The position numbers and the translations under genes are program-made. A stretch of DNA of 64,000 nt. It comes from Eledone cirrhosa. Lineage: Eukaryota. This document shows positions 13,087 through 26,410 of this stretch, one piece after another. Location: the NCBI GenBank assembly GCA_964016885.1, contig OZ024746.1, positions 101,618,001-101,682,000 on the forward strand. The letters are read 5' to 3'. The notes under the pieces were generated by a model. That model made no database searches and was not told the DNA's origin. It worked only from the letters and a program-made list of their open reading frames with translations. How positions within the stretch are numbered: the first letter of the stretch is position 1; each line of letters opens with the position of its first letter.

Positions 13087-13729
13087 CATCAAAGTTCATC
13101 AATTTATCAGTATCAGCAAGGTTAGCTTCATCTTCTTCAACTCCTCGATAGATCAATGGTTGTTCTGGATCACCTGGAAGAGTAGTTGGTGGATTGGACA
13201 CAAGATCATCCCATCTTAAGCACCGAATACTGTCTTCAGCTGTCAGCAAACATCTCTGAAACAAGTTGCAAATCTCGCTACGATGTGACATGCCGGAGAG
13301 TAGCCAACTTTTTGGCAATATAAAAATCTTTGGATTAAATATCCAAGGAAACAAATCCTTAAAATACTTTCTTGTCAAGAGAGACAGAAAGCTATGGAAT
13401 AGCCAATCTCGAAAGAGTTTGGTTGACACAAACAGTAAAGTAAAGTTGTCATCTGCTCTGGGCATCAACTGCCCACAGAATGCTACATCTTGACTAAGTT
13501 CTCCTGAGTGTTGAATGCTTGAACCAGATGACTGCAAAATTTGACGGCAGTAAATGTTGTAAATGTTGGAAAATATATGAAAATAGTCATAGCTTGAATT
13601 ACAAAAATACCAAATTGTCAGCTTGTATGGTAACTGTCCCAAGTACTTTCTGATTGGAAATTGTTTGAAGTTGTTTTCAGATATCAGTGGCCACGTATAA
13701 GTATTGATCGCACTCAAAGTTGGTGAAGT
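13087..13729 (-). CDS. PLEKHG4B-like: Large internal coding exon of a PLEKHG4B/ARHGEF40-like RhoGEF (N-terminal region)
   Basis: 643-nt open frame in unique sequence; acceptor ttttgtttcag|ACT, donor GATG|gtatat (phase 0 to 1). TYTWPL, LPKSWL and FQRCLLTAEDSIRCLRWDDLV resemble HEGWPL, FTPEWL and [20 protein letters not shown] of the ARHGEF40/PLEKHG4B N-terminus as I recall them (not searched). Confidence 0.75.
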
Positions 13730-13867
13730 CTGAAACAAAATGAAAGTTTATATAGGAATGTGTAAGTTACTACTACAAAACTACATCTTTTAAATAGCAT
13801 ATATAATTCCATAAAAATGTTAGTGACAACTGTATTAATTACAAAAGTGTCTCTTAAAAAAAAAAAG

Positions 13868-14609
13868 GTAACTATAATAATACAGGTGTGTTAGTAACAG
13901 GTAACTATAATAGTACAGGTGTGTTAGTAACAGGTAACTATAATAGTACAGATGTGTTAGTAACAGGTAACTATAATAGTACAGGTGTGTTAGTAACAGG
14001 TAACTATAATAGTACAGGTGTGTTAGTAACAGGTAACTATAATAGTACAGGTGTGTTAGTAACAGGTAACTATAATAATACAGGTGTGTTAGTAACAGGT
14101 AACTATAATAATACAGGTGTGTTAGTAACAGGTAACTATAATAGTACAGGTGTGTTAGTAACAGGTAACTATAATAGTACAGGTGTGTTAGTAACAGGTA
14201 ACTATAATAATACAGGTGTGTTAGTAACAGGTAACTATAATAATACAGGTGTGTTAGTAACAGGTAACTATAATAATACAGGTGTGTTAGTAACAGGTAA
14301 CTATAATAGTACAGGTGTGTTAGTAACAGGTAACTATAATAGTACAGGTGTGTTAGTAACAGGTAACTATAATAATACAGGTGTGTTAGTAACAGGTAAC
14401 TATAATAGTACAGGTGTGTTAGTAACAGGTAACTATAATAGTACAGGTGTGTTAGTAACAGGTAACTATAATAATACAGGTGTGTTAGTAACAGGTAACT
14501 ATAATAATACAGGTGTGTTAGTAACAGGTAACTATAATAGTACAGGTGTGTTAGTAACAGGTAACTATAATAGTACAGGTGTGTTAGTAACAGGTAACTA
14601 TAATAATAA
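13868..14609. repeat. 33-bp minisatellite (GGTAACTATAATAGTACAGGTGTGTTAGTAACA), about 22 copies
   Basis: Near-perfect tandem repeat. The LVTGNYNSTGV ORF is its translation. Confidence 0.97.
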
Positions 14610-14687
14610 CAGTGATAAAACTTTAAGGAATTCAGTTTTAAAAGCCAAGAATATTGGCTGTCAAGGTGATTTCTAGATGATTATCTT

Positions 14688-14817
14688 GCCGAGGTTAACT
14701 TTGTCTTTCATCCTTATGGGGTTGATAAAGTACCAGTAATGCACTGGGGTCGATTTAATCTATTTTCCTCTCCCCCAAAATTGCTGGCCTTGTGCCTATA
14801 GTAGAAATCATTATCAT
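14688..14817 (+). mobile_element. SINE family 2, 3' portion
   Basis: CCGAGGTTAACTTTG...AAAGTACCAGT...CTGGGGTCGATTTAATC...CTTGTGCCTA is shared with 38021-38242, 47195-47375 (-) and 59652-59832. Confidence 0.8.
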
Positions 14818-14957
14818 TGTTGTTGTTGTTTATTCTACAGGTAAGCTTTGATTGAACGTTGCCAGGATCAAAGAAGTTTAACACAAAGTGAACATAGTTT
14901 AACCCTTTAGCATTTATATTACTCTATATATACTATTATATTTTGGTGTAATTGTGC

Positions 14958-15168
14958 ACAGTCAGCTTTTATTACCTCATCCCAAGTCTTCCTTGGCCTA
15001 CCCACTCCACATCTACCATCAATTTTAAGCACTCTGCACCTTTTTATACAGTTGTCATCGTTCATATGCATCACATGTCCACACCACCACACTCTCCTCT
15101 CCGTGCAACAACAGATCCCTCTTATGCCTAATTTCTCCCGCAGCACATTTATACTTTGCCGTTCATGC
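14958..15168 (-). mobile_element. RTE LINE 3' coding fragment
   Basis: ERQSINVLREKLGIRGI...GHVMHMNDD...GRPRKTWDEVIKAD. Confidence 0.88.
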
Positions 15169-15946
15169 ATATATATAACACACACAATAGATTTCTGCAG
15201 TCTGTTTACAAAGTTCCACTAACAAGGAATTTATTAAGAGTGCCATACAACACACCTGAATCATGAACTATGTGTGGCGTTGCAAAGCAAACTTTTTAAC
15301 CACACATCCATCCCTGTGCCTATATATATATATGTATATATATATATACATATATATATATATGTACTTACATATCATCATGTGTGACGAAAGAGCTTTG
15401 ACAATATATAAACCTTCCAGTTATCGAACCAACCAGCCAGCCGGAAACTTATAATAAATTGAAGTGAAAACCAACAGGTGACCCTCCCAAAGTATAACAA
15501 TATATATATACACATATATATAAAACTTTATTACACTCCTTTGAAATTGAAGCCCTTCAATTAATGTTTCATAGAAATTTCAGACATGAATGCATTATAA
15601 CTTAATTACTACTTCCCTCTCTATCACATCTTTCTACAAACTCAACAGTTAACACTCCTATAGTTTCATTATATGTACAATGTCACTCCCACTTTATAAC
15701 ATTTGGTCATTAAATATCTTCTATACATTAATTAGATGCTTACTCATAACATTTCTGATGTTACTTGTAGATGGAGTAAAGCATGTAAATGTCACTAGGT
15801 GAGCATTTACATGCTTTAGCATTTAAACTGGCCATATCCGGCCAAAATTCCCTCCCCTATTTCTGTTCAAACCGGCCATAACTGGCCACTCACACTGGTG
15901 TTAAGGTATTGTTCTCAAAATAAATAATATCAAAATCTCATAGATT

Positions 15947-18900
15947 CGATATTATGTGAGGTAAAGCTTTTACTGTGACAATACAATAGTAAATATAGAG
16001 TAATCTTAATGTTATGTGAGATATTATGTGAGGTAAAGCCTTTACTGTGACAATACAATAGTATATATAGAGTAATGTAAATGTTATGTGAGATATTATG
16101 TGAGGTAAAACCTTTACTGTGAAAATACAATAGTATATATAGAGTAATTTCTTTATTTGCCACCAGGGCACAAAAGGTAGGGACAGATACAAGGGGGGAA
16201 GTTTACATATATAATTAACGAGTACAAAAATATAACAATGAAATAACAACAACAAATGAAGTCCTCAATAGGGAGGGGGCATTAACATGGGTCGCACACA
16301 CCCCGGAAAAAATGTGCAACCCTTCTCCTCAGGAACACAAAGAGTAGGTGCTTCCCTCGTCTCCTCTTCTTTCACCTACAGGCTGATATAGAGAGAAGAC
16401 CCATTCACTCTGGCCATTCTCCCTACTTTCACCCACCTTTCATAAAACTTGCTGGGGTAGAGCACCTCTCTCTCCATTCTGATCCTTCTTTTAAAATGGT
16501 ATTTGAAAAAGGGGACCAGTTGTTGGCCGGAGAGAAAGGTGTCTGACCTCAGCCCTTTCAGCCTCGTCACCATACAACTTCTTTAGCCATGGCTATCACA
16601 CAGAGAAAAACCGCCTCTCCTTCGTTTTTGAAAGGAGGAGGCGGTTTGATCGTGACAATGGACTCGGTGGTCAACCGGATTGGTCCCACTCTCGACAGTA
16701 GTCGTTCCACATAGCTCCACAGGTCAGCAATGCCTGGGCAGTGTACGAATGCATACGCAACGGTTTCGTCGTCATGCACGCATCTCGGACAGATCTTATT
16801 CAAAGGATCCCTACCCAGGCTCCCATGCCTGTGGAGCTTGTCTCGAATGGGTAGAGGCCCTCGGTAGCACTGCCAAGCCAGAGACTTTTGGAAGTTGTCC
16901 ATCGGTCCAGGGCCAAACGTCCTACCGAACAGACTGGCCAGTTCATCTTCCTCCATGCCTAGAGCTTCTCCGAGAGCATCGTCACACCTGCTGCGTACCA
17001 ACCCTCTATAGAATGTCGAGGTAGAGTCTCCACTGATTGCCGGGTCCGCTTTCCATAGGGCCGTGAGCGCCTGGGCACATTCAATGTGCCAGTCACCCAC
17101 TTTTCTCGGTCTTTGCTTGACCCAGGATTGCAGCTCGGTGAGCGAGACGAGTCTGGGAAAGGCTCGCCTCACAAACGGGGCCCACACCGGTTGACCGGTG
17201 AGGAATACCTGGAGGTGCCGTAGCCTTAATGCGTGTTTATGCATCTGTAGCCATGGCATCCCCAGCCCTCCTTTTGAAGGGTGTTGACAGCAGATGGATC
17301 TCCTCACCAAAGGGGTCCGCTTGTTCCAAAGAAATTGGAACAGCGCGCACTCCATTTTGGCGAGTCTTTTCACTGGGCAAGGCACGATGGTCAAGCGGTA
17401 GTAGATGACGGATGCTATATAAGTATTCGCCACCTCCGCTCGACCTTTCAGGGATAGTTTGCACTGGGCCCACTTCTGGGTGAGTGCAAACACCCTGGCC
17501 GTTACCTCGTTCCAGTTTTTCTCCACCTGGAGGTCTGGTCTTTAACTCTGTATTTAGCAGAGTTATGGGCCTGAAGTTACTTATGTCATCCCCCTTGTTC
17601 TCATCCTTCCTCACCAGCGTAACTACACCCTTGGTCACAGAACTGGGAATTCTCCCGTTCTGCTGCCAGTTGCAGTAGACCGCTTCGAGGATATCGGAGA
17701 ACAAGTCCGGCATCGCTACATATAGCTCGTATGGTAGACCATCGAGACCCGGGGATTTGCGTTTGCGCATTGTTCAGCGCCGCCCCTATCTCAGCAGCTG
17801 AAATCGGCCTTTCGCAGGACTTCACCTCTGCGTCCGAGAGGCGCGGCAGACCGTCGAGGTATGGATTGAAATCCATAATCTCACCCGGCGCGCCGCCCCT
17901 CTCGAACAGTCGTGCAAAGTGCCGCTGAAAGGCCGCACACATCTGCCCAGGTTCAAGGATCACACGCCCATCCTGGTCCTTCAAAGACCGAATCGTGGAC
18001 TTGTTCCCACTTTTTGCCTCTGTCACTCGGGCCCAGCTAACAGCTTTGGCTCCCTCATTACTCAGAGCACGTAATTTACTCCTGACAACGCAGCCTTCAT
18101 GCTTCACCTCAAAGAACTGGTCTAAGGCCATTCTTGATGCCAGCACGCTGGCTACATTGCCACTCCTAATCGCCTCTTCTACTCTATCTACTAATTCCCT
18201 TTCCGTCTTGTTCCTATCCCTTGCTAATTCCTGACTAAAACCTATCAATTCTATTCTAATTGCTCTCTTAAGAGAGCTCCACCACCTGTTGTTGACAATT
18301 GCCCCTGTCAAACTCTGCTTAACTAACGTGCTAATCCGTTTACTGTAAGCTTTGCTTGTCGGTAAGGACAAGTTCAACTTCCAGTAACCGGGTCCCTGTC
18401 TATGGGTTCTATCAAGGTTGGCTATGCAGGTCACTAACTTGTGATCCGAATAGTCAACCATGAACATTTTTGGACAGCTAAATGTGTCCCTATCCTTATC
18501 TCTAACTAGGACCCTATCTAAGTATGACCTAGATGTTCCGCTGCGATTGGTGGTTTTAGACATCGGCAGTAGTGAAAGTGGAGCCCTTAGACTAATTGCT
18601 GTGTACGCCCCTTTTTGGGCAGCGCGGCCGGACTACTTCCAACGTCTGGAAACTTTTCTGGGATCGTCCCGCTCCTTGCTTTTAGTGGGGGACTGGAATG
18701 GTATCCTGGATGCACATTGGGACTATGTAGGGGCATGTGCCAATAGAGGGGGGTGTAAAAGCCTCAAAAGGTTAATCGGCCGATTTGACCTGGCCGATAG
18801 ATATCGACTAGATTTTCCGACACACTGAGCATGGCCATTTCCCGGATGGGACCGGCGCCCTATTTTCCTTCCTACAAACTAGAACTTTGTATATATAGAG

Positions 18901-19546
18901 TAATGTAAATGTTATGTGAGATATTATGTTAGGTAAAGCCTCTACTGTGAAAATACAATAGTATATATAGAGGAATGTAAATGTTATGTAAGATATTATG
19001 TGAGGTAAAGCGTTTACTGTGAAAATACAATAGTATATATAGAGTAATGTAAAGGTTATGTGAGATATTATGTGAGGTAAAGCCTCTACTGTGAAAATAC
19101 AATAGTAAATATAGAGTAATGTAAATCTTATGTGAGATATTATGTGAGGTAAAGCCTTTACTGGCAAAATACAATAGTATATATAGAGTAATGTAAATGT
19201 TATGAGAGATATTATGTGAGTTAAAGCCTTTACTGTGACAATATAATAGTATATATAGAGTAATGTAAATGTTATGTGAGATATTATGTGAGGTAAGCCT
19301 TTACTGAGAAAATACAATAGTATATATAGAGTAAAGTAAATGTTATGTGAGATATTATGTGAGGTAAAGTCTTTACTGTGAAAATACAATAGTATATATA
19401 GAGTAATGTAAATGTTATGTGAGATATTATGTGAGGTAAAGCGTTTACTGTGAAAATACAATAGTATATATAGAGTAAAGTAAATGTTATGTGAGATATT
19501 ATGTGAGGTAAAGACTTTACTGTGAAAATACAATAGTATACATAGA
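15947..19546. repeat. 72-bp minisatellite split in two (15947-16148 and 18889-19546) by a LINE insertion
   Basis: The unit GATATTATGTGAGGTAAAGCCTTTACTGTGAAAATACAATAGTATATATAGAGTAATGTAAATGTTATGTGA is present on both sides of the insertion. Confidence 0.95.
16149..18888 (-). mobile_element. Tx1/L1-clade non-LTR retrotransposon (ORF2), 5'-inverted and internally deleted, with a 16-bp TSD
   Basis: APE end SYLDRVLV...SDHKLV...GPGYWKLN, RT start KSPGLDGLPYE...FRPITLLNTELK, C-terminal CPRC...AFVHCP, and AATAAA at the 3' end. TSD GTATATATAGAGTAAT at 16133-16148 and 18889-18904. Confidence 0.93.
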
Positions 19547-22046
19547 GAGAGAGATGGCTATTGGATGTGAACAAGAGAGAGAGATGGCTATTGACTTTGA
19601 ACAAGAGAGAGAGATGGCTATTGGCTGTGAACAAGAGAGATAGATGGCTATTGGCTGTGAACAAGAGAGACAGATGGCTATTGGCTGTGAACAAGAGAGA
19701 GAGATGGCTATTGGCTGTGAACAAGAGAGAGAGATGGCTATTGACTTTGAACAAGAGAGAGATATGGCTATTGGCTGTGAACAAGAGAGACAGGTGGCTT
19801 TTGGCTGTGAACAAGAGAGATGGATGGATATTGGCTGTGAACAAGAGAGAGAGATAGCTATTGGCTGTGAACAAGAGAGACAGATGGCTATTGGCTGTGA
19901 ACAAGATAGAGAGAGATGGCTATTGGCTGTGAACAAGAGAGAGAGATGTCTATTGGCTGTGAACAAGAGAGATAGATGGCTATTGGCTGTGAACAAGAGA
20001 GAGAGATGGCTATTGGCTGTGAACAAGAGAGAGAGATGGCTATTCACTGCGAACAAGAGAGACACAGATGGCTATTGGCTGTGAACAAGAGAGAGAGAGA
20101 TGGTTATTGGGTGTGAACAAGAGAGAGAGATGGCTATTGGCTGTGAACAAGAGAGAGAGATGGCTATTGGCTGTGAACAAGAGAGAGAGATGGCTATTGG
20201 CTGTGAACAAGAGAGAGAGATGGCTATTGGCTGTGAACAAGAGAGAGACAGATGGCTATTGGCCTTGAACAAGAGAGAGAGATGGTTATTGGCTGTGAAC
20301 AAGAGAGAGTGATGGCTATTGGCTGTGAACAAGAGAGAGAGAGAGAGAGAGATGGCTATTGGCTGTGAACAAGAGAGAGAGATGGTTATTAACTGTGAAC
20401 AAGAGAGAGGCAGATGGCTATTGGCTGTGAACAAGAGAGAGAGATGGCTATTGGCTGTGAACAAGAGGGAGACAGATTGCTATTGGCTGCGAACAAGAGA
20501 GAGAGATGGCTATTGGCTGTGAACAAGAGAGACAGATGGCTATTGGCTGTGAACAAGAGCGTGAGATGGCTATTGGCGCTGAACAAGAGAGAGAGATGGC
20601 TATTGGCTGTGAACAAGAGAGAGAGTTGGCTATTGGCTGTGAACAAGAGAGACAGATGGCTATTGGCTGTGAACAAGAGAGAGAGATGGCTATTGGCTGT
20701 GAACAAAAGAGAGAGATGGTTATTGGCTGTGAATAAGAGAGAGACAGATGGCTATTGGCTGTGAACAAGAGAGAGAGATAGCTATTGGCTGTGAACAAGA
20801 GAGAAAGATGGCTATTGGCTGTGAACAAGAGAGACAGGTGGCTATTGGCTGTGAACAAGAGAGATGGATGGATATTGGCTGTGAACAAGAGAGAGACAGA
20901 TGGCTATTGGCTGTGAACAAGAGAGAGAGATGTCTATTGGCTGTGAACAAGAGAGACAGATGGCTATTGGCTGTGAACAAGAGAGAGAGATGTCTATTGG
21001 CTGTGAACAAGAGAGAAAGATGGCTATTGGCTGTGAACAAGAGAGATGGATGGATATTGGCTGTGAACAAGAGAGATGGATGGATATTGGCTGTGAACAA
21101 GAGAGAGACAGATGGCTATTGGCTGTGAACAAGAGAGATAGATGGCTATTGGCTGTGAACAAGAGAGAGAGAGATGGCTATTGGCTGTGAACAAGAGAGA
21201 TAGATGGCTATTGGCTGTGAACAAGAGAGACAGATGGCTATTGGCTGTGAACAAGATAGAGACAGATGGCTATTGGCTGTGAACAAGAGAGAGAGATGGC
21301 TATTGGCTGTGAATAAGAGAGGGAGATGGCTATTGGCTGTGAACAAGAGAGAGAGATGGCTATTGACTTTGAACAAGAGAGAGATATGGCTATTGGCTGT
21401 GAACAAGAGAGACAGGTGGCTATTGGCTGTGAACAAGAGAGATGGATGGATATTGGCTGTGAACAAGAGGGAGACAGATTGCTATTGGCTGTGAACAAGA
21501 GAGAGAGTTGGCTATTGGCTGTGAACAAGAGAGACAGATGGCTATTGGCTGTGAACAAGAGGGAGACAGATTGCTATTGGCTGTGAACGAGAGAGTTGGC
21601 TATTGGCTGTGAACAAGAGAGAGAGATGGCTATTGGCTGTGAACAAGAGAGAGAGATGGCTATTGGCTGTGAACAAGAGAGAGAGATGGCTATTGGCTGT
21701 GAACAAGAGAGAGAGATGGCTATTGGCTGTGAACAAGAGAGAGAGATGGCTATTGGCTGTGAACAAGAGAGAGAGATGGCTATTGGCTGTGAACAAGAGG
21801 AAGGCAGATGGCTATTGGATGTGAACAAGAAAGAGACAGATGGCTATTGGCTGCAACCAAGAGAGAGAGAGATGGCTATTGGATGTGAACAAGAGAGAGA
21901 GATGGCTGTTGGCTGTGAACAAGAGCTTGAGATGGCTATTGGCGCTGAACAAGAGAGAGAGATGGCTATTGGCTGTGAACAAGAGAGATAGATGGTTATT
22001 GGCTGTGAACAAGAGAGAGAGATGGCTATTGGCTGTGAACAACAGA
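19545..22046. repeat. 30(-32)-bp minisatellite (GAGAGAGATGGCTATTGGCTGTGAACAAGA), about 80 copies
   Basis: Direct tandem repeat; source of the MAIGCEQERE and FTANSHLSLL ORFs. Confidence 0.98.
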
Positions 22047-22207
22047 GAGAATTATGGAGTAGCTTCAATATTATCAATGAAAGACAACAACCCAACACTA
22101 AAAAAGGACAAACATTACAATTGTACGATGACGTAAAATAATTTTATATATATATATATAAACACACACACACATATATATATACAAATATATCTGGACA
22201 ATCATAC

Positions 22208-22242
<35 letters not shown>

Positions 22243-22427
22243 TACATACACTCAGGTGTGTGTATATATGTATGTATGTGCATATATATATATATATACA
22301 CATAGAGAGAAAGAAAAATATGTGTGTATTATATATATATATAGTAATAATAATAAATGTGAAGACTGAAATCCAAAGATAAGGATAAATATATATCAAA
22401 TATATAAGAACCCTAGAGCAAATATTT

Positions 22428-22560
22428 ATTAAAATAACAGATTAAAGTTTAAGCAAAGAATCACTGCTTTCTCCCTTAATGGGATCTTCTGAGTTTCAGA
22501 AGATCCCGTTAAGGGTGAAAGCAGCGATTCTTTGCTTAAACTTTAATCTGTTATGTTAAT
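22428..22560. repeat. Fold-back palindrome (about 65-bp arms, 3-nt loop) of a hammerhead-bearing PLE-like end
   Basis: ATTAAAATAACAGATTAAAG...GGGATCTTCTGA-GTT-TCAGAAGATCCC...CTGTTATGTTAAT. The right arm matches 9530-9600. Confidence 0.88.
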
Positions 22561-22688
22561 ATATATATATATATATATGCATAAACATTAATATAGCGAT
22601 GCATAAGAAGTGTTTGTCAAGGCACATAAAGATGTATGCATTGCACCACATAGATTTGTTACAAGTTTTCAAATATGAATTACTACAC

Positions 22689-22725
<37 letters not shown>

Positions 22726-22977
22726 CACAAACACATACATATAAATACACACACACACAAATATATATATATATACATCATCATCATCACCGTTTTACGT
22801 CCGTTCTTCATCAGAAGAAAGAATGAGAAATAAGATAGATTGAGGGGACCGGCGGGATGGAATTGGAAATATATATACATATAGTGGCCAGGGGGTCTAT
22901 GGCTCATTTCTGTAAGGTTGTATATATAAATATATGTGTGTGTGTGTGTGAGTGTGTGCATGTATATATATATGTGC

Positions 22978-23022
<45 letters not shown>

Positions 23023-23099
23023 TAAGTTAAAATATATACGTCAGTCATACAAAAAGTGAGTTACAAACGAAACGAAATTTAATTTTGTTTCGTTATTTG

Positions 23100-23722
<623 letters not shown>

Positions 23723-24007
23723 AAATGATATGTGCATGCACATATATATATATATTTGCGTATATGTATACGACCATATGAAAATGAGACACAGACCCCC
23801 TGGCCAATATGAGAAGTCAGTAGCTCGTCTTCAGTACAGACTAAGTCTGTGTGCAGCCATCCAAACCTTGCTAGTATATATATATTTATATATATATACT
23901 AGCATATATATATATATATATTAAATGATGATGATTTGAAGATATGACAGCATATCATCATCATATATATGTGAGTGTGTGTAACACTGTATGTGTGTAT
24001 GTGTGTG

Positions 24008-24038
<31 letters not shown>

Positions 24039-24322
24039 AACAGTGTATATATATATGTATATATATATATATGTGTAACAGTGTATGTTAACATCACTTT
24101 ACAATTCTACTCATACACTGTGACACAGCATTAAACATACATGTTAGTGTGTGTATATATGTGTATATACATGTTAGCATGTGTGAATGATATATGTCAT
24201 TGAAAATGCCGGTATATATCTATGCGGTTATACATGAACACGCTTGCATATATATATATATTTGCAAGCAGGGAAAAGCGGACGTAAAATGATGATGATG
24301 ATGATATACACATACATATACA

Positions 24323-24353
<31 letters not shown>

Positions 24354-24455
24354 GCACACACATATAAATATATATACATAGATATATACATACATATTAC
24401 ATACATATATACATAAATATATACATAGATACATAGATATATACATATATACATA

Positions 24456-24789
24456 CATCATCATCATTTTACGTCCACTTTTCCCTGCTTGCAAGGGTGG
24501 GATGGGAACTGATTCTGGGTTGATTTCTACAGCTGGATGCCCTTCCTAACACCAAACTCATTTACCGTGAGTGGTGGGTGCTTTTTTGCCGTGGCACCTC
24601 CACGACCACTTTGCAGTGGAATGATATGGACCCCTGTCCCTATCATCTCATTTCTACAGCTGAGGAAACTGGAGCAATGTGAAATAAAGTGTCTTGCTCA
24701 AGGAAACAACACATCACCTGGTCTGAGAATTGAACTCACAACCTTTCAATTGCAAGCCCAATGCTCTAACCACTAAGCCATGTACCTCC

Positions 24790-24791
<2 letters not shown>
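24456..24791 (-). mobile_element. tRNA-derived SINE (family 1), inverted relative to the 23389 copy
   Basis: Reverse complement closely matches 23389-23722. Confidence 0.88.
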
Positions 24792-24864
<73 letters not shown>

Positions 24865-24996
24865 AGAAGATGAAATCGAAAATGCAACTGGAGTTTTATT
24901 TTAAAAAAATATATATATTTATTTGGTTCCTTTTTCTTTATACTTTCACTCGTGTACGACACTTCGGTTATTTTTCATTTTGTAAAAAAACCTCAC

Positions 24997-25002
<6 letters not shown>

Positions 25003-25065
<63 letters not shown>

Positions 25066-25127
25066 TACAAATATATACTTATATATACATATATATATAT
25101 ATATATACATATATACAAATATATACT

Positions 25128-25197
<70 letters not shown>

Positions 25198-25564
25198 CAC
25201 ATAGATATATACACACACATATGTATATATATATACATATATACATATACATATGCATATATATATATACACATATATACATATATATATATATACACAT
25301 ATATATATATATACATATACATATATACATATATGTATATACATATACATATGCATATATATATATATACACACACATATATATATATATATACACATAT
25401 ATACATATATAGATATACATATACATATATATATACATATATACAAATACATATATATATATACACATATATACATATACACATATATACATATACATAT
25501 ATACACATATATACATATACATATATATATATTCATATATATATATATATATACATATATATAC

Positions 25565-25595
<31 letters not shown>

Positions 25596-25714
25596 CATAT
25601 ATATATACATATATATACATATATATATATACATATATATATACCCACACATATATATATATACATATACATATATATACATAAATATAAACATACATAT
25701 ACATATATATAAAC

Positions 25715-25796
<82 letters not shown>

Positions 25797-26070
25797 ATAC
25801 ATATATATATATACATATGCATATATAGATATACATATACATATATATATACATATACATATATATATGCATATACATATATATATATATATATGCATAC
25901 ACATATATACATATATATATACATATATATATATAGATATACACATAGATATACACATATATACATATATATATATACACATATATACATATACATATAT
26001 ATATATTCATATATATATATATATATACATTTATATACAGATATATATATACATATATATATACCCACAC

Positions 26071-26102
<32 letters not shown>

Positions 26103-26142
26103 ACATAAATATAAACATACATATACATATATATATACATAT

Positions 26143-26191
<49 letters not shown>

Positions 26192-26346
26192 GATATACAT
26201 ATACATATATATATGCATATACATATATACATTTATATAAATATATACATATACATATATATAGACATATATATATATATATATATACATATATACATAT
26301 ATACATATACATATATATAGACATATATATATATATATATATATAT

Positions 26347-26383
<37 letters not shown>

Positions 26384-26410
26384 TATACATATATACATAT
26401 ACATATATAT
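25003..26410. repeat. Compound (AT)n/(ATAC)n/(CATATA)n microsatellite, about 1.4 kb
   Basis: Seen directly; source of the IYIY and YTHI ORFs. Confidence 0.97.

Noticed and set aside
13888-14676. 262-aa LVTGNYNSTGV repeat ORF resembling a beta-solenoid or ice-binding protein
   Set aside because: Near-perfect DNA repeat with no synonymous divergence, GTG start, and antisense within an intron; best explained as a minisatellite.
19284-22136. MAIGCEQERE / FTANSHLSLL ORFs
   Set aside because: Frames of the 30-bp array, repeatedly shifted by 32-bp units.
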